From Antedon mediterranea (lineage: Eukaryota > Animalia > Echinodermata), in assembly GCF_964355755.1 (NCBI RefSeq), contig NC_092673.1, positions 1,674,001 through 1,738,000 on the forward strand: a DNA stretch of 64,000 bases. Reading direction: 5' to 3'. The notes beneath the pieces were generated by a model. The model was not told where the DNA came from. It saw only the letters and a list, made by a program, of their open reading frames with translations, and ran no database searches. How positions within the stretch are numbered: the first letter of the stretch is position 1; each line of letters begins with the position of its first letter. Of the stretch, positions 53,097-64,000 are shown piece by piece. The translations under genes were made by a program, and so were the position numbers.

Positions 53097-56000
53097 AATG
53101 GAAAAATAATTTCCAAAGCGAAAAATTTTTGAATAAAGTTTTTTAAAAAACTTTTTAAAATAGCTTTTCTAAGCTGATATGATCAGAACGTGTGTAGTAA
53201 CGTGTTTTCGGCGCGACGAATAATTGTTAAATGAACTCCTGTTGTTGTTAAAACCGCTGTTGTACCAGTGGCTCATCAAGAATGATCAGACGGTATCCTA
53301 GCACAAGTCACTTATAATTGGAGGGTATTTAGAGTGTACATGGAAGACAGTGGTTTTTTGATTATATCAATTATTCATTACTACGCATCACTCACTATAC
53401 ATGACACGAAATAGCAAGATTGACGCGTGTACTTTGAATTGACTCAATAGGTCTCCGAAGACGATGGGAGGGAGATAGCTAATTCTGATCGTTTGACGCT
53501 TGCTGATTGGCTACTGCAATACACCTTAGCGGTTAACTTCTGTTGATTAAGGTGAGTAGAACATTAACATAGGTGATGTTTGTTTCTGAAAGGTTAATCA
53601 CTGGTGTACACCCTTATTAAGTACCGTACTAATTGGTGGAAGTAAGGACGATCAACTTTAATGAATGGTTTACGGGATTCCTGCGATTGGTAGCGTTATC
53701 TTAATAAACCAATAAAATTGTTGAATTTTATTAAAACATTTTTGACCTACTTATTGTTTTTATTTATTATTATAATGTATTATCTATAGCATAATATACG
53801 TTATTAGTTAATGACAAAACGCAAAACAAACTGGCATTACGTAAGTATGGAGGTATACAATTTTATAAAAAAGTTTTTACCTCCATGACATAATTACCTA
53901 ACCGAGTCCCTACAATGTAATTTACATTGTTGTCACTAATAATTATTAGCAATTAGTTTAGTCGTATATTATGAATATTACTGTATTTCGTAGTCATTGT
54001 ATTTCATAGGCTACTCTCCCACCCGCATGTTACGGTATTATATTCATCTCCCTCTAATCGGGCCTAACATAATTTCTACTTTTATCGCTTGTTCGGTCAG
54101 TCTATTTATTGCACACTTATGTTTCTATACTTCATTGTTTTCCTTCTCTTACTCATATCCTTTGTACAGTATATCTATATTACATATTGATATATAACCC
54201 AGACAACACAATCCATTTTCAATTTATTTTAAATCAATCCTAATAATCGTTAAAAACGTTGCGAATGACCTCAATAATATAGAACAATAAGTTGTGACAT
54301 ATTATATTTAGACATTTATGGAAAGAAAAATTAAGAAAAAGTTTAATTATCATCGTTAGATAACAATAGCAGAGGGCAGGTAGATATTTGCATATCATGG
54401 TTCACCTGTAAAATCGAATCAAGGTATTAAACTTCTCACCTGAGTTCACCTGCTGTCTAATTTCCCCTTTCATTTACCTCTTTTCCTGCATTTGCTGTTG
54501 CGTATCTAAGAGGTCGACACCCTATTTATGTCATGTTCTATCATTGTACTACTTAATGCCTAATTTCAGTTGTTGTCTATTATTAACAAGGATTTAATCA
54601 TCATTGGTTATTACCTATTCTTGTCTATTCATCACTTTAATCTTTATTCACACAAAGCACTGACAGCTCGATTACAGAATATACCGTACGCTTAGAAAAC
54701 AAAGGTAACATTTATATAATATAATAATTTCAAAATACATTTAATTTTAAACGAATACAATTAAAAATATCTATAAATAATAATAAAAGACAGGAATTAT
54801 ACAACAACGAAAGTCTGTAAAAAAACGCCATTTTTACAGACATTAACATAGTAAAATGTCATGACGGGAGGCCTACAATGTGTCTTCAAAGACATAATTA
54901 AAAATGTTACTGCCGAAAACAAACACATTTGGCATCTTAATTTCTTTAAACACGATGCTTTGTATTTTATTATAAAATCGGTTGAGTATCAAATACTTTT
55001 AATTCAATGCGCTTGAACGACTATTACCAAGCCGATTTTATCGTATTAATCGTAATACTGTCGAATAAAATAGAATATCGTTATGCTAGTCCAGATTAAA
55101 CTTTGTAAAGTATAACCAATGTATACGTGTTCTGTAGGTGTATAGTTTTGAAGAGTTTGACGCGGAGGTAAAGACCAATGAAGTTTTGCTGATGTTATAC
55201 GGTAATAAGTCTGTCTTAGGGCTTTTAATGTAGAAATCTCATGGCATTTTACCGGACTTTCCAAAAATTGGAACCGATTTCTTCGCAGCTAGCAGTATTT
55301 TGTAGAAAGTTTGTTGACTAGTGAGGATGTATTGATGTAGACGGCTACACGGTACAGCTGTCCGCGTACCCAGCATATCCTCTCGTACCCCACCGATGAA
55401 GTCATCAGAGATGATGTGTATCAAGGAGATAGCGGCGGGAAGCCCCCACTTCACCCTCATTAAAATCACCGTGGGTCACCTGGTAACGTGTTTATACACT
55501 CTGCCACTGCCTAGCGTGACAATGACATTATCATTAACTGGTAATGATAAACTATCAAGTGTTCTTTATCGATCTTTATCGGGTATTAGTGGTCCAAATG
55601 TTGTTGACATGTTTTGTAAAAGTAGGGCGTACGCTTGTTTGTTGGAAGTAATCCTATTTCATCATTGAAAATAAATACTGAATTTGTCCTAGATAGTTTT
55701 AACACCTCAGTCGTTAGATGTCATCTCACATTTTCTTCATGTCTAAATTAATTTTCTTCAAGATAGGCGTAACTGGAAGTTGATGAAAACCAGTGAATTG
55801 ATGAAGTAATAATAATAATAAACGTGTGATTCATATCAGACAAAAATGACGGTTTTAAAATAAAAACAATGATGCGTGAGGTTTATGAGTGACAAGCTGT
55901 CAAGTTCAGCTTGGAGACATAACCAGCGGGAACCATTAAAATATGACACGACCAGTTAATACTTGTAAAATATTAGCTGGTTTTAGGAATAACCAACCGT

Positions 56001-56801
56001 TTGGGTGGTCTTGTTTGGTGGCAATGTTTAGACAAGCGTCATTCCCTACGTTTTCTTATCTTTTGACAGCTAATGTATTTACGTCTAGTTTCGTACATCC
56101 AATTGGATAATATGTTTTTAAGTAGTTAGGTCGAGTGATTCAACGTAAGGGTGTCGCTGATTGGTTAATAGTGCGTCATTACTGAACCATTTTGTTGTGA
56201 CGTATGCTCTCTTGGGACGATACCAGTGGTTTGTAATTTACTTGATTGAAGAATGTCAACAAATGTAAGTGCTTGTTTTCATCGAATTTACTTCCCCCCT
56301 CTAGCACTGTAGTAGTCAATTACTGAGCTAGCATTCCGTTGGCATTCGTAGGGACCGCCTCGAGATCTTTCGGGTCTTCCCCACGGCTCAGAAACAGGCT
56401 TACTTGATACAGACCTACAGGACGTCATTTCTTATATCCACAAACATAATGACGGAGGTCGCGAAGCTTTCTTATATATAAACATTTGTGAGTGCTCTAC
56501 GAGTAATTTGAAGTTCTTACGTTGAGATGATATATGCAATAGCTGTGATGGTGGTACTTTGTCACTCATTATAGACTTCAGATTGACAGATTCTTCCAAT
56601 TGATTATTGAAAATTAAACAAAGACGGCGATGGTTTATCACAATCTTTCTCGTCATCTCATCAGTTATCATCTTCATCATATTCAATAAAGTGACGTCAT
56701 AATCATCACCGTCATAAGATCATCTTCACAACGTTCCATCTATTTAATGTTCATGTTAATGTCATTTATACAATCACAAATGTAAGGTCAACAATCAATA
56801 T

Positions 56802-57092
56802 TTAAAGATATTTTTCCCCAGAAAAAATAATCTAAACATTTGTTTTGTCGAAAATGTAATGGTATGCCACAAAATAACTTATTCACTTTGAAAAAAACCC
56901 AGTAATTTAAAGGGAATACAGTTAACCGGAAGCCCCTTTAAGTCAATGGGTTTCTGGTTAAATTTAACCGTTTAATCATTCCTGGTTTTTGGGGGTGTTT
57001 TTGGCAAAAGTAACTTGATTAAAACTAGAAATGGTCAAAGTTTTTATTTTATTCATTTTACATGTTTTTGGAGAACAATACTTCATGTTTAA
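56802..57092. mobile_element. Degenerate Kolobok-like element related to 19949-20201
   Basis: Starts ttaa|agatat, shares ttattcac...aaaact..aaatgg.c.aa segments, ends ...acaatac...ttaa. Imperfect central palindrome ttaaccggaagcccc / gggtttctggttaa. Confidence 0.5.
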
Positions 57093-58239
57093 CCGATGGC
57101 TGTCAATCATATTTAACACCAGTTTCGTGAGAGGCATTCCCGCTGATAAGCAAGGACCACCAAACGACCGTCAAACAATGTAATATTATATTATAATTAC
57201 CACAAACCTGATACTCCTCTTGAAAGTTGACAAAATGTCAGATACTAGGGTATATCGTAAAATGTAAGTTGTGAATATTGTGTTATCGTGTTTGATTGAT
57301 GAAATCTTGACAAATATCACAATGTTCTGAAGTTATGAATGACAAGTGTTGTCACGTGATTGGATTTGGTGACTTTCATGCCAATCATTGTATAATGTTT
57401 GAGACATTCATAGTGACTCGTCAGAATTGTAAGTCGGCCTAGTTAAGTTTTAACTTAACTTTTTACCAGTTTATGACTTGGAATAAGCCGAGATTAATTT
57501 TATTCAATTCAAGTAAAAAGTAAAAAAAAAAATGCGTTTACTTCAATTCTACAAATCAATCTAAAATAAATCAAACCCAATATCTGAATTAAACTCTAAT
57601 ATTGCTTATTGAGTTTACAAATAGTTTCCTCAGCTATGCAAAATTTTCATTTACAGTACTATACTGTATTCGATTTCCGAATTATGACTAATTACAAAAC
57701 AGATTTCCAGAGGGCGACATTCAAAATCGTTTATAAAATCAAATCGAGGCCATCGGTCTGTTGTGTCAGGTAAACTTTGCAAGTTCTCGAAGCAAAATTT
57801 AAAAACCGCAATCATATTAGTATTAGAAAATCGTAATTTGTATACAAGTTGTATTTAAATTAATTTAAATTATCGTTGCTTTAGACATTATTTCTTGTAG
57901 TTATAGACTTAATTATGATAATATTTTTAATATGATGATTTTAATATTTAATATTTTTTGCAGCGTGTACACTATACATCGTCATTCAAGTAAATGACAT
58001 TTGAGTGAGTACCAACAGTAATTTATTGAATGTGATATGCTTTGGTTTGATTGTGCTCAACAAGTTCCATTTTTTTCTCGGTACTGTTTTTATATTTTAT
58101 AGAGAAAATTTAGTTTATTATTATTTTAAAGAATGTTGCATTTAAACAATTCCTCTATTTTATTAGGGAACTTGCTGAATATTAAAAATGTTTTGCCAAA
58201 AGTGCCCCAAAATACATATCGTAATTAGCTTTTACAGTA

Positions 58240-58278
58240 GTAAAAGGTAAAGGTGAGTCTCATGTTCTCTGAACGTAG
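58240..58278 (-). mobile_element. 3' tail of a tRNA-derived SINE split by the large transposon
   Basis: Reverse complement ctacgttcagagaacatgagactcacctttaccttttac matches the tail of the 19578-19693 copy. Confidence 0.8.
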
Positions 58279-59059
58279 TAGTAGAGCAGTTAGTGCCATA
58301 AAAATAGCCAAGTTGTGCACTTTATTACCAAAGCATGAAACTTGCCACAAAGTTTCTTTGATGTATATAGATTAAAAATATCGGGGGGTGCCAAGTGTCC
58401 AACGTCCGGTATGGCGGCCATCTTGATTTCAAAATGGCCACCATAAAAACAAAAAGTGTTCATATCTTGGGAACTATAAACAGTAGAGACTTGATTCTGG
58501 TGTTAAATTGTTCACAAACCACATATTTCTATTTGCTCTAATGAAAAGTTTCGTGAAAAAATGACCGGAAATGACGTTTCTCCCAGTTTGACCTTTGACC
58601 TCTTATCTGTATATCTCAGTAACTACTGATCATTTTCAATCGATTTTGGTGTCATTTTGTTCAGCATAGAGACATTTATATTTGTAGTAATGAAACATTT
58701 TCACATAAAATGACTGGAAATACAATTTATAACCTTTGACATATATAATATGTGAACATACTGTATGTGGTTTACATTGGTATAAATGCACCTAATTTTT
58801 TTTAACGAAATAACTGACACTGCAAAAATGACCAGGAATTATTATTCTGAATTTTTGACTTTTGATGTGATAGGATAGGCGTAAAGTATGACAGATCACT
58901 GAGAAACAGCAATCACTGAGCTCATCTATGCCGACTTGTTTGCTAAACTGTGATGTGTCAATCGTTAGATAAAAGTTTTGGTCCTCTCTCCATCATCTTT
59001 TTTTTTTGCACTGTATTATACCATATGGACAATTGTCTGAAATAAAAGTTGAATTGAAT

Positions 59060-59405
59060 TGTTAGATGCCATTTGGAAATATTTTTGATGTAAAGTAGCA
59101 TTCTTTCGTTGGCCTCTTTGATGTTGCATATGAGACAAGTTCGGAAAGTTTTCATTTTCATGAGTTAAGAGAATACCGTCTTTCAAAGTACTTACTACAA
59201 ACTTATCCTGCATTTGTGCAGTAGACCTACTTTCATTAGTCAGAAACTCAGATAATTCTTGTTCATTTTCGTTGCATCTAAAAAAATGTACTCCATTTTT
59301 ATGGTAATGGGCCTTTGCTGTAAACCATCTGAATCCTTTTCCTCGATTTTCTCTACTCATTGGTTTTTTAGCAAAATCCGAACCAAATCAATTCGTAAAA
59401 GACAT
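59060..59405 (-). pseudogene. Frameshifted remnant of a transposon-encoded XPG/PIN-like nuclease domain
   Basis: Joining frames gives RIDLV...LKNQ/RENRGKG...KN...FFRCNENEQELSEFL...VVSTLKDGIL.../CNIKEANERMLLY. This follows the pattern R.D.VFD.Y...SLK...R..RG.G...NW..FL....NK.EL..FL...C.HEEAD.R..LH that I recall from Academ-type proteins. Needs HMM confirmation. Confidence 0.65.
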
Positions 59406-59573
59406 CTCAATATAATTATTCAAGTAATTCTCAAATTAGTGACATGGACCTACAATATACTGTTCTGTACAAGACCTATTTAGGCATCCACTTGTGGACT
59501 TTCACTTTCAAGGTCTTGGTCTCCTAATCATACAAGAAACAATGTCTGATTTAATCAATCAAAGTAGTGGGTC

Positions 59574-60855
59574 CAGACAAAGAAGGGGATGTAAGACCAT
59601 CCACAGACAAAAAAGGGGGTATAAGACCATCACAGACAAAGAAGGGGGGTATAAGACCATCCACAGACAAAGAAGGGGGTATAAGACTATCCACAGACAA
59701 AGAAGGGCGTAAGACCATCCACAGACAAAGAAGGGGGTGTAAGACTATCCACAGACAAAGAAAGGGGTATAAGGCCATCTACAGACAAAGAAGGGGGTGT
59801 AAGGACCATCCACAGACAAAGAAGGAGGTGTAAGACCATCAACAGACAAAGAAAGGGGTGTAATACCATCAACAGACAAGGAAGGGGATATAAGACCGTC
59901 CACAGGCACAGAAGGGGTGTAAGACCGTCCACAGACAAAGAAAGGGGTGTAAGACCGTCCACAGATAAAGAAGGGGGTGTAGGACCGTCCACAGACAAAG
60001 AAGGGGGTGTAAGACCACCCACTGACAAAGAAAGGGTATAGGACCACTTACAGACAAAGAAGGGGTATAAGACCATCCACAGACAAAGAAGGTGATGTAG
60101 GACCATCCACAGACAAAGAAGGGGGTGTCGGACAATCCACAGACAAAGAAGGGGATGTAAGACCACCCACAGACAAAGAAGGGGGTGTAAGACCATCCAC
60201 ACACAAAGAAGGGATTATAAGACCATCTACAGACAAAGAAGGGGGTATAAGACCATCCACAGACAAAGAAGGGGGTATAAGACCATCCACAGAGAAAGAA
60301 GGAGGTGTAAGACCATCCACAGACAAAGAAGGTGTGTAAAACCATCCACACACATAGAAAGGGGTGTAATACCATCAACAGACAAAGAAAGGGGTTTAAT
60401 ACCATCAACAGACAAAAAAGGGGGTATAAGACCGTCCACAGACAAAGAAAGGGGTTCAAGACCATCCACAGACAAAGAAGGGGGTATAAGACCATCCACA
60501 GACAAAGAAGGGGGTGTAGGACTATCCACAGACAAAGAAGGGGGTGTAGGACTATCCACAGACAAAGAAGGGAGTGTAGGACCATCCACAGACAAAGAAG
60601 GGGTGTAAGACCATCTACATACAAAGAAAGGGGTGTAAAGACCATCCACAGACAAAGAAGCGGGTATAAGACCATCCACAGACAAAGAAGGGGGTATAAG
60701 ACCATCCACAGACAAAGAAGCGGGTATAAGACCATCCACAGACAAAGAAGCGGGTATAAGACTATCCACAGACAAGGAAGGGGGTATAAGACCATCCACA
60801 GACAAAGAATGGGGTATAAGACCATCTACAGACAAAGAAGGAGGGGTAGGACCAT
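59574..60855. repeat. Minisatellite inside the transposon, about 30-bp unit (agaccatccacagacaaagaagggggtata), about 42 diverged copies
   Basis: Directly visible. 1-bp indels between units account for the stack of overlapping repetitive ORFs. Confidence 0.97.
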
Positions 60856-61805
60856 ATTACCGAGGAAGCATAGGCCTACAAAAAGAAGATGCAATCAAAA
60901 TAGGCCTACCAGCCACTTGGAAAACAATAAATTGTAGAATAACTGAGGCTTGATTGTTGAAATATAAAGGGTTCTTTGTAAGGTCATTAATAATATATTG
61001 ATATAAACACGATCATCATACTATTCATTTGACATTCAAATACAGTCTATCTCGAAAAGAAGCTCATACTATCACCTTTTCGAGGTTTTACGGTATTCCA
61101 TAACATGTATGTTATTTCCTCTGTCAAACTATTAAAACTTTTAGCGAATCAGAAGGTGCCAACATCATTGAACTAATGGTACCACCAAAAGCACAATGTT
61201 TACCAATTTTATGTACTATATACAATTTAAGTCCATTAATCATTTAATATAATTACGCCTATCAGGTCAAAGTTTAGTTCAAAATTAGGTGCATTTAAGA
61301 CCACCAAAAACCACATACAGTATATTCACATAATTAAAAATCAATAATTAAATGTCAAAGGTCATAAATTGTATTTCCGGTCATTTTATGTGAAAATGTT
61401 TCATTACTACAAATATAAATGTATTTATTCTGAACAAAATGACACCAAAATCGATTGAAAATGACCAGTAGTTACAGAGATATACAAATACGAGGTCAAA
61501 GGTCAAACTGAAAGAAACGTCATTTCCGGTCATTTTTTGACGAAAATTTTCATTAGAGCAAATAGAAATATATAGTTTGTGAACAATTTGAGACCAGAAT
61601 TAAGTCTCTAATGTGTATAGTTGCCAAGATATGAACATTTTTTGTTTTTATGGTGGCCATTTTGAAATCAAGATGGCCGCCATACCGGACGTTGGACACT
61701 TGGCACCCCCCGATATTTTGAATCTATATACATTATAGAAACTTTGTGCCAAGTTTCATGCTTTGGTAATAAAATGCACAGCTCATGTCATTAACTGCTC
61801 TACTA

Positions 61806-62007
61806 TAGGGGAATGAGCTGTTAGGAGCTCATTGTACTAAGCCTCGGCATTATGTGGTAGGGTGGCAGTTCCTTTCCACGCCGCCTTTTTTCTCCCTAGT
61901 ATTTTCAACCAGGTACTCATTTTACAGCTGAGTGGACTGGGAGTTGTCGGGCATTGAACCCGGGTCTATCTGTACGACAGTCAAGTGTCCTAACCACTCG
62001 GCTATCC
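61806..62007 (-). mobile_element. 5' part of a tRNA-derived SINE (Pol III A and B boxes)
   Basis: Minus strand: ggaTAGCCGAGTGGttaggacacttgact...gGGTTCAATGCCcg, then ccactcagctgtaaaatgagtacc...ggaaaggaactgccaccctacc. The core resembles conserved SINE central domains (Deu/Nin type, by recall). No complete cloverleaf. Confidence 0.85.
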
Positions 62008-62373
62008 AACTCTGTATATAATAATAGTAATTTAAGAGGGCGCTAGACACTTTACATGAAATCCAAAGATCATCTTCTCTCTATGTAACTAACCCGTTAG
62101 AAGGCGTGAATAATGTTAACACCAAACGTTCCTATTATTTCTATAGAAGTCTTTTTATAAGCAAATCCATTTTATTTAGATGAAAGTAAGCAAAAAAGAG
62201 TAGTATAAGTGCAAAGTAATAATAAATGACAAGGCCTACTAAACACGAGTACGGCAAATCTGAAACAGTTGGTTTTAGTGTTCTTTCTCTAGATTTTAAT
62301 AGGCCAAATATTACAGACATACAACAACGTAGGCTATCATTACTTTCTGAAGGAGATTAAAATCAGTACTTTA

Positions 62374-62491
62374 CTCCAATACCAGTACCTTGCTTGCTCC
62401 AATACCAGTACCTTGCTTGCTCCAATACCAGTACCTTGCTTGCTCCAATACCAGTACCTTGCTTGCTCCAATACCAGTACCTTGCTTGCTC
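62374..62491. repeat. Tandem repeat, 23-bp unit (ctccaataccagtaccttgcttg), 5 copies
   Basis: Perfect copies at 62374, 62397, 62420, 62443 and 62466. Confidence 0.96.
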
Positions 62492-63309
62492 TTATACCAT
62501 GCATCAAACATAATGAAATAAATAGTTTAGCGATAAAATAACTTTCACTGAAACGTTGGCTCATTAGCATACAGTACTGTACAAATGTTCTCTTTGTCGA
62601 AATTCTCATCTTCACGGGTTTCTTTTTATTCTTATACCAAAATTATGATGCAAATTATATATATTTGACCACCGTCAATAATTGTTTAAATAGAATGAAT
62701 TTTAAATGTACGGTAATTATAAGAGAGCCTCAGCCACGCCAACGCCAATGAGGCCTACTTAAGTGGGACGATTTTTTTTTAGACCTATTTTGTCAGTACG
62801 GTGGTGTAACTTTACCCTGGAGCTGAAGAGTACTATCATTTTGATTAATATTTTGTTTGTACACTTGTCTATTTTCCTCACCCATTTCACCAGGTGTAGA
62901 TATATTTATATTATCAATATTAGCAGCTATAATAAGCTGTTTTTATCATGACCGATGAGATACACCTACACCAATCTTGTTGGCAACGGGTTTTTTTTTC
63001 TCATAAAAATGCCCTGGTAATAATTAGGCCTAGTTTAAAGGCTGTAGAACAATGTAGTTCGCTTGTGCCGAATGGAAGCCGAATGAATGCCGAATGGAAG
63101 CCGATTGGATATCGCACATTTTGAAGGTCCCTGAACTCTTGATCGATCGATATTATAATCATTAATTAACTTGCTTGTACTGTGTACAGTAATTAATAGT
63201 TAACATTAATTAAACAATATCACAATGTTTATGTGTTAGCGCTTTTTGTAGTATAGTTTGAATAGTTTAGGAATTATACATGCAGCAAAGAGGTTGTTAT
63301 CAAAACTTA

Positions 63310-63486
63310 AGCTTGGTTCCCACTAGAACGTAACGCAATGACGGGACGTAAACGCAACACAAGCGTTTTAACCAATGACAAGCGAAGCAGTTAGCAATCA
63401 CAAGCGAATAAGCCATCGCTTGTGATTGGTCAATTCACTTGCGTTGCGTTACGTCCTTGTGTTGCGTCGCTAGTGGGAACCAAGCT
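63310..63486. mobile_element. MITE family B, complete copy (PIF/Harbinger-like)
   Basis: Perfect TIR agcttggttcccactag ... ctagtgggaaccaagct. Flanks tta / tga are close to a TWA duplication. Interior is palindromic with CCAAT-containing arms. Confidence 0.85.
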
Positions 63487-64000
63487 TGAGTGCTTCACAT
63501 ATATATCAAAACTATCATCATAGTCATTGAACAGACTTGATTTTTTCCACGATTTTAAATTACTTATATCGTGGTCAATTGCGAAGCATCCCTGTCGTCC
63601 AATCACCGTCGCATCTAATTATTACGGTGGGCTTCTTACGTCGTAAGTAAATATAAGGCTGAGAAGGTTATGGTGTCAAAATAAAATTCAACGTGATTCA
63701 GGTTTTTTATCAGAACCAAGCCGACCCAACTGAAATAAATTAACACAATAAAATGTAAACTATAATTTGATTGCAAATAATTGTGTTTATTTAATTTCGT
63801 TTTGACTAAAAACTACAAAAATGCAAACGTTCCAGAAACATGTTAGCTGTTTTATAGATTCGCTAAAAATGACGACGTTTGTGCGTTTGGTATTAAACAT
63901 TTTTACAAATTATATTTACATTGTATAATTTCTAAATATATTATCTAGAACTATATCTAAAACTTTTGTACACAGTTGCATAATTATTTGAGGCAATGGA

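Larger units (their letters stand above)
58279..61805. mobile_element. Non-autonomous Academ-like DNA transposon, 3.5 kb, about 520-bp TIRs, 3-bp TSD
   Basis: 58279 to about 58799 is an imperfect reverse complement of about 61281-61805. Termini TAGTAGAGCAGTTA...TAACTGCTCTACTA, with TAG duplicated on both flanks. Long TIRs, TAG...CTA ends and a 3-bp TSD fit the Academ superfamily. Confidence 0.88.

Noticed and set aside
52588-53109. 173-aa Ser-rich ORF antisense to Nkx3-2 exon 1
   Set aside because: Mirror of the acidic codons on the coding strand; it spans almost exactly the exon.
59494-60937. Stack of long repetitive ORFs (up to 318 aa) on both strands
   Set aside because: By-products of a 30-bp minisatellite. 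Frequent 1-bp indels argue against selection on a reading frame.
58277-61805. Polinton/Maverick call based on AGTAG-like ends and long TIRs
   Set aside because: No 6-bp TSD. The empty-site copy shows a 3-bp TSD, and I see no polB or integrase remnants.
61940-62007. tRNA gene
   Set aside because: A and B boxes are present but there is no proper acceptor stem, and it continues into a SINE body that has a second copy in the window.

Overview
AT-rich animal genomic DNA, most likely from an invertebrate deuterostome (inference). It is not prokaryotic, and no CRISPR array or operon is present. Four genes can be read directly. (1) The first coding exon of RAB24 (minus strand, runs off the left edge; missed by the ORF track). 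(2) Head-to-head with it, a BRF2 gene (TFIIIB subunit) with an intronless CDS. (3) A three-exon Tlx/Hox11 homeobox gene (minus, 268 aa when spliced). (4) A two-exon NK3/bagpipe (Nkx3-2) homeobox gene (minus, 315 aa). The window is therefore a fragment of the NK homeobox cluster, with NK3 and Tlx about 25 kb apart in tandem and no visible Lbx between them. The non-coding DNA holds several tandem arrays, several MITE families and a 154-bp TATGG-ended element with a 6-bp TSD. It also holds a 3.5-kb Academ-like transposon with about 520-bp TIRs, a decayed nuclease fragment and a minisatellite. This transposon sits inside a tRNA-derived SINE, and another SINE copy in the window preserves the empty site. 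I found no clearly new molecular system. The least-explained signals are the strong excess of the palindrome TAGGCCTA, the NK3-Tlx adjacency, a divergent CTCF-like pair between the two homeobox genes, and the missing redox Cys of BRF2. All counts and alignments were made by eye.
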